Of a DNA stretch of 61,425 nt, positions 51,583-61,132 are shown one piece after another. Origin of the DNA: Pseudomonadota bacterium. GTDB taxonomy: Bacteria; Desulfobacterota; Desulfobacteria; Desulfobacterales; JBDRRP01. The notes beneath the pieces were generated by a model. It was given only the letters and a program-made list of their open reading frames with translations. It did no database searches and was not told the origin of the DNA. The stretch is from assembly GCA_043825735.1 (NCBI GenBank), contig JBDRRP010000027.1, positions 124,001-185,425 of the forward strand. The letters are read 5' to 3'. Positions within the stretch are counted from its first letter, which is position 1. Every line of letters begins with the position of its first letter. A program made the position numbers and the translations under genes.

Positions 51583-51823
51583 AAGTTGGCAGTCCTGAAA
51601 AAATCGAAATCTATCGCCCAGACGGAAAAACCGCAAAGGTAGCGCACTGATATTAATAGTTTTTTTCTGCGTATGGGGTCCCTTCGTGTCAGTGCATAGC
51701 GCGCACAGCGAAGCCTGATGCGTGGAAATTGTTTTGTAACAAGTTTGTAAAAGTTGAATTTTCATCGCGATGTGGTATGAAAGCGGCGGGCGTTGATCAC
51801 CGAACCGCCCCAATCGGAGCATC

Positions 51824-52402
51824 ATGAACCAAAACATCGATTTCAAGCACCATGCCGACATCGCCTGGCAGCTGACCCTGCGCCACCTGTTCCCGCTGGT
51901 CCTGCTCACCCTGGTGACAGCCACCGTCGGGGTCCTGTCTCTGGGACTTTTCGCGCCGGCCGCCATGGCCGGATACGTATCCGCCGTATTACAGATGGTC
52001 AGGACCGGACGGGAACCGGATTTGCGTGATGTGTTTTCCCAGATCCGTCTGGCCATCCCTCTGCTGGGGTTTTCTCTGGCAGCGCTGCTGCTGATCGTAC
52101 TGGGATACGCTGTCCTGGTGGTTCCCGGAATTGCCGTCAGCCTTGGCATTACCTATGCCAGTCTCTATGTCATTCCGTTGATGATCGACCGGAATTTGGG
52201 CATCGTTGACGCGGTCAAGGCGAGCGCCCGGATAGCCATGGCGCCCCCCGTCATGGACAACATCCTGGTTGCGCTGGTGGTCGTCGGCCTGTGGGGCATC
52301 GGCGGATCAGTGGTTATCGGGTGGCTGTTCACCCAACCGCTGGCCACCATTTTTCTGGTTTCGATCTACGACTCTAAAACGGGCAGCCTGGACGCCCCCT
52401 GA
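51824..52402 (+). CDS. Integral membrane hypothetical protein
   Basis: Several TM segments, VVPGI, DAVKAS. Confidence 0.75.
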   Translation: MNQNIDFKHHADIAWQLTLRHLFPLVLLTLVTATVGVLSLGLFAPAAMAGYVSAVLQMVRTGREPDLRDVFSQIRLAIPLLGFSLAALLLIVLGYAVLVVPGIAVSLGITYASLYVIPLMIDRNLGIVDAVKASARIAMAPPVMDNILVALVVVGLWGIGGSVVIGWLFTQPLATIFLVSIYDSKTGSLDAP

Positions 52403-52413
52403 ACGGCGGCATC

Positions 52414-53148
52414 ATGAAAAAACTCTTGTGGCTGCTCTACCAGCCCTATAAATTTTTTGTTTTCATGCCCGTTCTGGTGGCCTCCACCACCCTCATCAGT
52501 GCTGTCATCATGCTGCTGATCCCGGTGGTGGGCGCCCGCGTAGCCGGCTCCCTGGCCGTTGTGTGGGCGCGCCTCAACAGCTACCTGACGCCCATGCTCC
52601 TTACGGTGGAAGGACGGGGAAACATCGATAAGAACCAGTCCTATGTCATCGTGGCCAACCATCAAAGCCACTTCGATATTCTCGTCCTGTACGGATGGAT
52701 GGGCATCGATTTCAAATGGGTGATGAAGATGGAACTCAGAAAGGTCCCGGTGATCGGCATCGCCTGCGACCGACTGGGCCATATTTACATCGACCGCTCC
52801 AATACCGAAGCCGCCATCGGCACTATCCGGGAGGCCCGTAGAAAGATCACCGGCGGCACATCGGTGGTATTTTTCCCTGAAGGCACCCGCAGCCGGACCG
52901 GCGAGCTGCTGCGATTCAAAAAAGGGGCTTTCAAGATGGCCATCGATCTGGGGATTCCGATCCTGCCGGTGACCATCACAGGCACCCGCGATATTCTTCC
53001 CCCGCACACGGTGAACCTCTTTCCAGGCCGTGCACACATGCGCATCCACCCGCCCATCGACACGACCCACTACAGCGCCGACAACCTGGGGCCGTTGATG
53101 GAGACCGCTCGACAGCTGCTGGACCCTGCTCAGCAGCTGCCAGGATAA
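52414..53148 (+). CDS. plsC: 1-acyl-sn-glycerol-3-phosphate acyltransferase family
   Basis: NHQSHFD, FFPEGTRS, FKKGAF. Confidence 0.9.
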   Translation: MKKLLWLLYQPYKFFVFMPVLVASTTLISAVIMLLIPVVGARVAGSLAVVWARLNSYLTPMLLTVEGRGNIDKNQSYVIVANHQSHFDILVLYGWMGIDFKWVMKMELRKVPVIGIACDRLGHIYIDRSNTEAAIGTIREARRKITGGTSVVFFPEGTRSRTGELLRFKKGAFKMAIDLGIPILPVTITGTRDILPPHTVNLFPGRAHMRIHPPIDTTHYSADNLGPLMETARQLLDPAQQLPG

Positions 53149-53154
53149 GGCCCC

Positions 53155-53511
53155 GTGGACGCACCCTCCGCCACCCTCGCCTTCGCCCTCGCTGACAAAA
53201 TCAAATCCGGTCTGATCTGGACATCGGCGCTGGTTGAACAGCGCCTGGGGCTGCCGCCTGGGGAAAAGGCCGGCGCTGAAAAAACACTGATCCAGTTGAT
53301 GGAATTGATCGGCGGCGACCTGCATGTGAGCAAGCGCCGGGTGCCCGACCCGGCTTGGGATACGGCCGAAAAGGAACTGGACCTGGCCATTGTCATGGCG
53401 CGCTCCGGTGTGGTCATGGAAGCCACCTACCACCTCACGCGCGCTCTGAGCCATGTCACCAACGTAGCCCGGGCCGCGCTGGAAGTGCTTAAAAAAGAGG
53501 GACTGATGTAA
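53155..53511 (+). CDS. Hypothetical protein
   Basis: 118 aa helical ORF directly after plsC, host-like codons. Confidence 0.7.
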   Translation: MDAPSATLAFALADKIKSGLIWTSALVEQRLGLPPGEKAGAEKTLIQLMELIGGDLHVSKRRVPDPAWDTAEKELDLAIVMARSGVVMEATYHLTRALSHVTNVARAALEVLKKEGLM

Positions 53512-53617
53512 GCGCCGCTATTGTCCGCCAGGGAATGGTTTATCGGACGTCTAAAAAAGACGATGACGCCACACTGTTCAATGATCACTTTTGATAGTCA
53601 TGTAAAAAGTGATTTTG

Positions 53618-53700
53618 AACCACAGAGATCGCAGAGAACCGCAGAGAATAATGTGAAAGATTTATGGGTTATCTCTGCGCTCTCTGCGTCCTCTGTGGTT
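53618..53700. repeat. 9-nt-period heptamer inverted repeat (CRCAGAG x3 / CTCTGYG x3)
   Basis: AACCACAGAGATCGCAGAGAACCGCAGAG ... CTCTGCGCTCTCTGCGTCCTCTGTGGTT. Confidence 0.88.
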
Positions 53701-53861
53701 ATTTCAGATTTCTGGTTTTGCAGTTGCCTCCTCGATCCCCGTGGCCATCGTTACCGGCGCGTCCCGCGCCATTGGCGCTGCGGTGGCGATCAATCTGCTG
53801 GAGCCCTACACACTGGCCCGCTATGCACTAGACGCGCTTCGCCACCGCTCAACCTTCCGAC

Positions 53862-53889
53862 TAAAGGTTCCGCCCCTACCAGCCGATAT
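53862..53889 (+). promoter_or_regulatory. Sigma28-like promoter
   Basis: TAAA-N16-GCCGATAT upstream of the small gene at 54056. Confidence 0.45.
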
Positions 53890-54055
53890 AGGCTGTGAAC
53901 GGTGAAAGAAATGCGGCCATCCGGAATCGTCTCAGGTGACAGCGGATACGGCCGACACCAGCCGCATACCGCAGGCTCGGAACGATTTCTTTCCCCCACG
54001 GTCGAAAATCCCGCAGGGGCGCCGTCCGATGCAATGCACTGAAGGGGAGTGACAC

Positions 54056-54274
54056 ATGGATACGGTAGTGGTTTCGGTTTTACAGCTGGGCTTTGTGGCC
54101 CTGGTATTCTCGGCGGCCTACCGCCTGGGATTCGAGGCCTCGCGCAAACGCACTGAGGCCATCGTTGAACAATTCTCCTACCCGGTGGCCGAGCTGCTGG
54201 CCAAACTGGAACAAGAAATCGAAAGGAATGCCGCGGACGAGCCGCCGGATCAAAAGCGATCGTCCGGGGAATAG
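54056..54274 (+). CDS. Small single-TM protein
   Basis: RBS GGGGAG, N-terminal TM, 72 aa. Confidence 0.6.
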   Translation: MDTVVVSVLQLGFVALVFSAAYRLGFEASRKRTEAIVEQFSYPVAELLAKLEQEIERNAADEPPDQKRSSGE

Positions 54275-54335
54275 TCCGCACGGGCCATCCTGCGCCGAGC
54301 GTCGACCCCAAACAGCCATCCGACACCGCGTGGTC

Positions 54336-55349
54336 TCAAGTCGTTTCTTGCATGACCCGGCGAATCCCCGCCACTTGCCGGCATAAGAGTGCGAACTGCT
54401 CGGGATAAAGAGACTGAGCCCCGTCGCTCATGGCCATCTCGGGTTGATGGTGCACTTCCACCATCAGCCCGTGAGCATCGCCGGCGGCGGCGGCACGGCT
54501 GAGGGGAATCACCTGGTCCCGCCGCCCGGCAGCATGACTGGGATCCACGATAATGGGCAGGTGGCTCTCGCTTCTCACATACGGCACCGCCGAAAGATCC
54601 AGCGTATTGCGGCTGTGATGTACAAAGGTGCGCACGCCGCGCTCGCAGAGCACGACATTGGTGTTGCCGCCTTCCAGAATATATTCGGCGGCCATGAGCC
54701 ATTCCTCGATGGTGGCAGCCATTCCCCGCTTGAGCATGATGGGCTTTGCCGACCGGCCGGCCCGCCGCAGGAGCGAAAAATTCTGCATGTTCCGGGTGCC
54801 GATCTGGATCATGTCCGCATAGGATTCCACCAGGGAAAACCCCGACTCGTCCATGACCTCGGTCACCACCGGCATGCCGGTCTTCTCCCGCACGGTGGCG
54901 AGGATGCGCAGCCCCTCTTCCCCCAGCCCCTGAAATGAATACGGGGAAGTCCTGGGCTTAAAAGCCCCGCCGCGAAACATATGTGCGCCGGCCCCCTTCA
55001 CCGCCTCTGCAATGGCCAGGGCCTGGGCTTCGCTCTCGATGGCGCAGGGGCCCGCAATGAGGACAAAATGGCCGCCGCCGATGGATACATCACCCACGGT
55101 GACAACGGTGTCGGTGTGCTGCGTCTCCCGACTGACCAGCTTGTAGGGCCGCGTGACCGGAATGACATCCTTGACGCCGGCAAGTCCTAAAAACATGGCG
55201 GTGTCCAGGGGGCCCTTGTTATGAAGCACGCCCACGGACACGCGGTCTCCGCCGGGGATGGGGCGGGCAATGCACCCTCTTTTCTCAATGGTGGCCACCA
55301 CCTGTGCGATTTCGGCTTCTGTTGCGGTCTGCTGCATGACAATGAGCAT
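54336..55349 (-). CDS. aroF: DAHP synthase type I-beta with N-terminal regulatory domain
   Basis: IAGPCAIES, GGAFKPRTSPYSFQG, GTRNMQNF, LCERG, DPSHA; ATG 55349 with AAGGAG. Confidence 0.95.
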   Translation of the reverse strand: MLIVMQQTATEAEIAQVVATIEKRGCIARPIPGGDRVSVGVLHNKGPLDTAMFLGLAGVKDVIPVTRPYKLVSRETQHTDTVVTVGDVSIGGGHFVLIAGPCAIESEAQALAIAEAVKGAGAHMFRGGAFKPRTSPYSFQGLGEEGLRILATVREKTGMPVVTEVMDESGFSLVESYADMIQIGTRNMQNFSLLRRAGRSAKPIMLKRGMAATIEEWLMAAEYILEGGNTNVVLCERGVRTFVHHSRNTLDLSAVPYVRSESHLPIIVDPSHAAGRRDQVIPLSRAAAAGDAHGLMVEVHHQPEMAMSDGAQSLYPEQFALLCRQVAGIRRVMQETT

Positions 55350-55405
55350 TGCTTTCTCCTTGTTGAATGGAACGGTTTTATGACAATAGGGCGGAACCGC
55401 CATCT

Positions 55406-55441
55406 AAAAAAAAGGGGCTGTGATTTTGCCTCACAGCCCCC
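55406..55441 (-). terminator. Attenuator terminator upstream of DAHP synthase
   Basis: GGGGCTGTGA-GGCAAAA-TCACAGCCCC followed by T8, about 56 nt before the ATG. Confidence 0.92.
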
Positions 55442-55528
55442 TGCAATTAAGAAGACCGTAAGCCGGGGGGCTCACGGTCCGTATCATCAGTTATGTCAAT
55501 CGAAACACCCTGACGGCCGTGTGCCCGG

Positions 55529-55579
55529 TCAGCACCACCAGCGCCACCAGCAGCAGCGATTTCGATTGGGTGCGGTCAT
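55529..55579 (-). CDS. Trp-rich leader peptide MTAPNRNRCCWWRWWC
   Basis: ATG...TGC TGC TGG TGG CGC TGG TGG TGC TGA; RBS AGAAAGGA; TTGACA at 55644-55639. Confidence 0.88.
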   Translation of the reverse strand: MTAPNRNRCCWWRWWC

Positions 55580-55808
55580 GTTCTGTCCTTTCTGGGGTCC
55601 ACTACCGTTAGCTTCCCTCTATGAAAACAGGCAGCCTTTGTCAAGCGCCATCTCCGGGCGGGATGCAAAAGAAGCGCTTGAGCGGCGACTTGTCCGGCGT
55701 AGGCTTCAGACAAAACGGCAAGAACGCCGCCGGGGACCATGCTTTTCGCCTGGAACCCAGCGCGCAGCGCAGGGTTTCTAAGGCAAAGATGCCGCTTCTG
55801 GATGGGCA

Positions 55809-56306
55809 CTAGTCTGCCATGAGCGCCGGCGCCCGGGTGGCCGCATCCAGCCGGGCGATGAGCATGGTCAGCTCTTTGATATGGCCGGCTTCTTCGGCGA
55901 TGATGGTATCGAGGTGCGAAAGGGCGGCCTTGTCATCCATGAACGCCCCTATCAGCTCGTAGAACGTCTTGGTGTCTTCTTCGAAATTGAGACTGGTGGT
56001 CAACACCTGACGGGCATCTATGAGCCGTGTAAAATCGATGCCTTCCAGCGAAAACGAGCGCCCGTCCATGATCTCTCCGAGAAGGGTTTTGCCCAACTCG
56101 GCCAAGGGCGAATCCTCGGCCACGACGGTGGGCGCCACTGCCAGCGAGCGAAACCACTGCGCATGCTCGGCCTCCTGATCGGCAAGCCATACAAGTGCAT
56201 TGCGAAGGTCAGGATCCGACACGGCCGAGGCCGCTCGTCGATAGACACGCTCCCCGTTGACCTCGATGCGCACCGCCAAATCCACCACTTCACTCATCGT
56301 AAACAT
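55809..56306 (-). CDS. Ferritin-like / rubrerythrin-family protein
   Basis: Paired E...ExxH motifs: AVRIE, QEAEH, FEED, EEAGH. Confidence 0.85.
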   Translation of the reverse strand: MFTMSEVVDLAVRIEVNGERVYRRAASAVSDPDLRNALVWLADQEAEHAQWFRSLAVAPTVVAEDSPLAELGKTLLGEIMDGRSFSLEGIDFTRLIDARQVLTTSLNFEEDTKTFYELIGAFMDDKAALSHLDTIIAEEAGHIKELTMLIARLDAATRAPALMAD

Positions 56307-56380
56307 GCTCGCTCCTTACCGGGTTCCAATATGCTGTCGATAGAACCTATCCTGGTTATCTGCGGAACTCAAGTTCAACC

Positions 56381-56551
56381 TCAAGGGCCAACGGATCGCT
56401 CACCCGTTTTGCTGCTGGATGAATGGGATTGATAGGGCATCCCATCCAAATCGGGATCGCTATCGAAATCGAAACGACGCAAGCGTGAAACACAAAGAAC
56501 ATGCAGATTTGCAGAAATCGATTTCGATCCCGATAGCGATTTCGAATCCCG
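56381..56551 (+). repeat. Repeat family A, diverged partial copy 3
   Basis: TCAAGGGCCAACGG...GGATGAATGGGATTGATAGGGCA and both hexamer arms align to copies 1 and 2; different loop. Confidence 0.8.
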
Positions 56552-56577
56552 AAGTAAGAACTGCCGGCACCGACAGA

Positions 56578-57927
56578 TCAGGGGACGGCTCCGGCCCGCT
56601 TTCTGTGATGGATGATCACCACCAGCAGGACAAACAACACCATAAAATATGGCATGAACCAGGGCATGGCCGACACGAAACGCGCATCGGCGAGCGCATT
56701 GCTGCTGCCGCCGGCGCCCCCAGGCCGGGCAAGCACCGCCAGAAGCAAAGCATAGAGCACCCCGATACTGCCGTAGGCCAGGTTGAAGCAAAGCCCCTTA
56801 AAACTGAGCACGGTAGCCCTTTGGGAAGAATCGGTGATCTGGTTGAGGTAGCTGCTCATCATAAAATTGGTCGTGTACATGACCGATACCAGGAGCACGG
56901 CGGGGATCAAACCGGCGTAAGGAATGAAAAGGGCCATTGCGCCCAGACCGACGGCGGTCGCGGCGCCCAGCAGCCACAGGTTGCCCTCCGGCGTCCGGCG
57001 TTCCACCAGGTGCCGGGCCAGGCGTGGGATGAAAAGTCCGGCCACGGCCATCAGGCTGCCGATGAGGCCAAAGGTCGCTTCCGGCAGATGGATCAGGCGG
57101 TAATACTGGCTGTTCATGGTGAGCACCATCCGGATCACATGGTCGAACAGCATCCCTGCAGCAATCAGCACCAACGCAAAAGGGGTTTTCAGAATCCATC
57201 GCCCCGCTGAAAGGGTCCTGCGAAAGGCGACTGTCATGGATTGAGAGCAGTGCGCCGCACCGCCGGCATCCGGTGGGCACGCTGCCGACGGTGCATCTTT
57301 CATCTTTAGCGAAACGCCCGTGGCCGCCACGGCCATCGCCAGGGTGAGATACAGCGGCAGGCGCAGGGTATCGGCCTGGAGCACGCTGCCCGAACACCCG
57401 AAGAATGCAAGTACGGACTGAACCAGCGCAGGGTCATAGACCGCAGCACCGATGGTCATGGCGGCGATAAAGGCCATGGACTGCACCCGCATCAGGGTTT
57501 CGAGTACCCGGCCCCAGTCGCCCTCCTGGCCGGCATGCTTCAGTGCATCATAAGCAAGCGCTTCATCGGCACCGCTGGCCGCCGCCTCTGCCATGCCGCT
57601 GAGCACCCGGTTGATCAAAAAGACGGTGAACAGCAGCGGCCCGCCGCCCAGCGGCACGATGCACAGCAACCCGATTTCAACCACCATGGCCACCCCGGCG
57701 AAGACGAGCAGCCGCTGTCGGCCGATCATATCGGCCAAGGCCCCGGATGGCACCTCACAAATCACGATTGTGGCGGCCCAAGCCGCGTTGAGAAGCGCAA
57801 ACTGCGATAGCGTGAGCCCGAAATCGAGAAAAAGGATGGTAAAGACCGGGTAGTAAAACCGCGCGTTGAAAAAGACCCGGAAGGCGATGAAATAGCGCAC
57901 GGCTGGGATCAGAAACGGCGAGGGCAT
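56578..57927 (-). CDS. MFS transporter
   Basis: EVPSGALADMIGR motif A, SGADEALAYD, QRATVLS; start set to ATG 57927. Confidence 0.9.
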   Translation of the reverse strand: MPSPFLIPAVRYFIAFRVFFNARFYYPVFTILFLDFGLTLSQFALLNAAWAATIVICEVPSGALADMIGRQRLLVFAGVAMVVEIGLLCIVPLGGGPLLFTVFLINRVLSGMAEAAASGADEALAYDALKHAGQEGDWGRVLETLMRVQSMAFIAAMTIGAAVYDPALVQSVLAFFGCSGSVLQADTLRLPLYLTLAMAVAATGVSLKMKDAPSAACPPDAGGAAHCSQSMTVAFRRTLSAGRWILKTPFALVLIAAGMLFDHVIRMVLTMNSQYYRLIHLPEATFGLIGSLMAVAGLFIPRLARHLVERRTPEGNLWLLGAATAVGLGAMALFIPYAGLIPAVLLVSVMYTTNFMMSSYLNQITDSSQRATVLSFKGLCFNLAYGSIGVLYALLLAVLARPGGAGGSSNALADARFVSAMPWFMPYFMVLFVLLVVIIHHRKRAGAVP

Positions 57928-58164
57928 CAGCTGGCCCCCGCAGTGCCGGCGATGGATGCCATGCCGCTGGTCCTTGGAGGAATCGGTTTCCCACCACATC
58001 GCCCTGTGAATTGCGTGTCCATAATACCCAAAATCATGGGCGCCTGCGCGGTGTTTGTCAAATCAATGCCCCCCCGGCGGCGATGGCGGTTGACACCCGC
58101 GGCCGGTGTGCCCATCATCGAGTTGAAGACGAAACCGCGAAAAAACCAGAATGGAATGGGGAAA

Positions 58165-59226
58165 ATGTCCGAAAAAAAACTGTCCGCTCCCCGGGAGCTG
58201 CACTTTACCCCGACCAACGGACCGGTGGATAAAGCCATCGGAGATTTGATCGCCCAGGCTGGAGGCATTCGCCGCCCCCGGATCGTGCGGGAGATGATAC
58301 TGGCCGCCCTCAAAGCCGGCCAGGAAGATAATGACGACCGCGTCGATCTGAAGATGATGAATCACACCCTGAAGGAAATGCGCTTCACCGCAAAGGTGTT
58401 CGCCCCCTACCGCCAGGTTCGCAAGGTGTCCGTCTTCGGCTCCGCCCGCGTTAAACCCGATGCGCCCAGGTACCGGCTGGCCCGTGAGCTGGGAGCCCTG
58501 CTGGCGCAGGCAGGGTTCATGGTCATCACCGGCGGCGGCCCGGGGATCATGCACGCCGTCAACGAAGGGGCCGGCCCGGATGCCTCCTTCGGCATCAACA
58601 TCCAGCTGCCGTTCGAGCAGCACCCGAACCCCATTGTGGCGGGAAACCCCCGAAGCGTGAACTACAAGTATTTTTTCAACCGCAAGGTGGCCTTTCTCAA
58701 AGAAGCGGATGCGGTCGTTCTTTTGCCCGGCGGCTTTGGCACCCTCGACGAGGGCATGGAGACCCTCACGCTAATTCAAACCGGCAAACGCGATCCTCTG
58801 CCCGTAGTCATGCTGGATCTGCCCGGCGGCAGTTATTGGCGCCGCTGGAAGGAATTTATCACCACGCAACTGGCCGCCGCTGGATATACAGATGCGCACG
58901 ATCTGGCGTTCGTGAAATTCGAAAGCGACCCGAAGCAGGTGGTGGCCCACATCCGCGCCTTTTATGCCCGCTACCACAGCCTGCGCTACGTGGACGACAC
59001 GCTGGTGGTGAGGCTGTCTTCAGCGCTCGAACCCCGGCAGATCGCTGCGCTCAAGGCCGAATTCGCCGACATGCTGCTGCCCGGAGGGGACCTGGCGGCC
59101 GGCACCGCGTTTCATGAGGAACGTGACACCCCGGCCCTGCTGGACCTGCCGCGCCTGGTCATCGACTTCGACCGGCGCCAGTTCTCACGGCTGCGGCAGT
59201 GCATCGACCGTATCAATGCGATGTGA
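58165..59226 (+). CDS. LOG-family (TIGR00730-like) nucleotide-binding protein
   Basis: VSVFGSAR, ITGGGPGIM, YFFNRK, PGGFGTLDE. Confidence 0.92.
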   Translation: MSEKKLSAPRELHFTPTNGPVDKAIGDLIAQAGGIRRPRIVREMILAALKAGQEDNDDRVDLKMMNHTLKEMRFTAKVFAPYRQVRKVSVFGSARVKPDAPRYRLARELGALLAQAGFMVITGGGPGIMHAVNEGAGPDASFGINIQLPFEQHPNPIVAGNPRSVNYKYFFNRKVAFLKEADAVVLLPGGFGTLDEGMETLTLIQTGKRDPLPVVMLDLPGGSYWRRWKEFITTQLAAAGYTDAHDLAFVKFESDPKQVVAHIRAFYARYHSLRYVDDTLVVRLSSALEPRQIAALKAEFADMLLPGGDLAAGTAFHEERDTPALLDLPRLVIDFDRRQFSRLRQCIDRINAM

Positions 59227-59288
59227 GCCACGGTCTCGGCCACCTGCGGCGCATGGACGCTGTCAAGCCGGATGCGGGCGCACGCGTG

Positions 59289-59657
59289 TCAGATCGGTTT
59301 GAAAAGGTCTTTGCTCTGCCAGGGGTCCTCAGAGATACCCTCCGCGCTGGAGATATGCGGATAGGGTTTGTTTTCGTAGTCCACCACAGCGATATGCTCG
59401 CACATACCCCCGAGCTTCTTGACCACCCGAAGATGCGCCGGGTGCTTCTGGTAATAGTCCAGGGTCTCAAGGCTGGCAAAGACCGACACCAGTGAAAAAT
59501 CATAGGATCGCGGCGATCGGACGATGTCGCGCCCGAAATCGTAGGTCTGGATTTCAGTGATTTTCTCGGGCAGTTGATCCAGCATTTCTTCCAGTTCAGC
59601 AATCTCTCCGTCCGTGACGGAGGCCTTAAATTTCATCATGACAACGTGGGTGATCAT
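59289..59657 (-). CDS. Dabb (stress-responsive A/B barrel) protein
   Basis: ITHVVMMKFK, YQKHPAH, VVDY. Confidence 0.88.
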   Translation of the reverse strand: MITHVVMMKFKASVTDGEIAELEEMLDQLPEKITEIQTYDFGRDIVRSPRSYDFSLVSVFASLETLDYYQKHPAHLRVVKKLGGMCEHIAVVDYENKPYPHISSAEGISEDPWQSKDLFKPI

Positions 59658-59895
59658 CGGGACTCCTTAAATTGGCAGGTGATCGAACGCTGTCCCTGCA
59701 TACCACAGCGCCCTGGTTTTCCAAAGCCCTGAAAGCGCCGGCGAGCCGTGCCCGGTGCCTGAAGTCATGGCCCCCCAGTCACCGTCCGCCCGCCGCCCGC
59801 GTTGACTTTCCCATGAAAACCCTTAGTCTGGAAGGAGTTTTGCGGGCAAGTGTCGGTGCCCCGCGCTCACTATGGACCATCACACGAGGTGCTGC

Positions 59896-60165
59896 ATGAA
59901 AGACACATGGCAGGACGTATTGAGCTGCGCTGTTGCATGTGCGCGGTGCAAGACAACGATGACCGCTGAAGCGCCCCGGATCCTCTCCGTTTATGACCAC
60001 CTGGCCATCTGCACGGCGTGCAAAGCGGTGGAGGAAAGCCGCCCGGATTATGCCGATGTCTCGAAGGAAATGATCGGCCAGTGCATGATCGACACAGAGG
60101 CCATGTACGGTGATCCCGGGGGATATTGCTACCACCACTTTTATCCCTACCGATGTAAGGACTAG
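59896..60165 (+). CDS. Small Cys-rich hypothetical protein
   Basis: CARC and CTAC pairs, CYHH tail; RBS GAGGTG before ATG 59896. Confidence 0.65.
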   Translation: MKDTWQDVLSCAVACARCKTTMTAEAPRILSVYDHLAICTACKAVEESRPDYADVSKEMIGQCMIDTEAMYGDPGGYCYHHFYPYRCKD

Positions 60166-60177
60166 CCCCGCCGGTGA

Positions 60178-60882
60178 CTATGAAATGATATCGTCCCAGT
60201 CGATGCCCGCAAGCTCTTCCTGCCGGGCTCGCGCCGCGGTGATCATGTCTTGGATGCTGGTGCTGATTCGGCGGGCAACCGGGCGATCCGGAAAATTTTT
60301 GAAGTGAAAGGCGGCGTCGGTTAGGTTGATGATCTCGATAGCCGCCGCTTCGCCTTTGAGCCCGTGAAAGGATGCGTCGAACGGCTCTCCGTCTTCAATA
60401 TAAAGCAAGCCTTTTTTGTCTCCCGCCCCCCGCACTTCGAGCAGGCAGGTTTTCTTCTCAAGGGAGATCATGAACAGAAAGCTCGCAACGGAAATGCCCT
60501 TCACGACGCCCCGGGGAACATCGCGATTGAGCACCGCCATGGCCGCCTTCGCAACATCTGCCGGATCAAGGGGCTTTCTAAAAAAGCGGAGCAGGTCCCT
60601 GGGAAGCTCCTTTTGCAGGTCTTCCGAATCGTAGGCCGTCATCACGAAGCAGCGGACCACGGGGTAATGGCTGTTGACATGGGCCAGAAGCTCCAGACCG
60701 TCCACTTCCGGCATTTGAATATCGGTAATCAGCAGCGCGATGGCCTGTTTTTCCAGGGCATCGATCGCCTCTTGCCCGTTGGCCGCGCCAATGACCGCGA
60801 CTTGTTTTGGATAGGCCTCGAAGGCTTTCTCCAGGCGCCGAAGTAAAATGGCATCGTCCTCTGCGATGAGTACTCGGTGCAT
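60178..60882 (-). CDS. Response regulator with C-terminal DUF4388/PatA-like domain
   Basis: VLIAEDD, ITDIQMPEVDG, MTAY, KP; EKKTCLLEV...GLLYIEDG...GEAAA. Confidence 0.88.
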   Translation of the reverse strand: MHRVLIAEDDAILLRRLEKAFEAYPKQVAVIGAANGQEAIDALEKQAIALLITDIQMPEVDGLELLAHVNSHYPVVRCFVMTAYDSEDLQKELPRDLLRFFRKPLDPADVAKAAMAVLNRDVPRGVVKGISVASFLFMISLEKKTCLLEVRGAGDKKGLLYIEDGEPFDASFHGLKGEAAAIEIINLTDAAFHFKNFPDRPVARRISTSIQDMITAARARQEELAGIDWDDIIS

Positions 60883-60976
60883 GGCGACCTCGCGGATAGG
60901 GGTGGGTATTTCGGCTGACCTGGTTATTCGGAATATTCAAGTAACATTGCCGGTGTTTCTTTGACTCGTGAGAATA

Positions 60977-61048
60977 TTGATCACCACGAAGGGCGCGAAG
61001 GTCTCATACCCATATGTCTTTAAGGTTTTCTTCGTGAACTTCGAGGTG
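60977..61048. repeat. 9-nt-period heptamer inverted repeat (CRCGAAG / CTTCGTG)
   Basis: TTGATCACCACGAAG also at 37762; right arm CTTCGTGAACTTCGAGGTG. Confidence 0.75.
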
Positions 61049-61132
61049 CATGCTCGGCGCTGCGAGTCCGGTCGACTTGACAGTTATGTATACTGACAGG
61101 TCGCCGGAGGTCAAGTGCCGTGCGGGTGCATT

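Noticed and set aside
53795..53885. Minus-strand GTAGGG motifs as REP elements
   Set aside because: Palindromes are poor; the region is better explained by the sigma28-like promoter.
55350..55403. Longer DAHP synthase start at 55403
   Set aside because: It abuts the terminator T tract with no RBS; ATG 55349 has AAGGAG and the family-typical MLIVM start.
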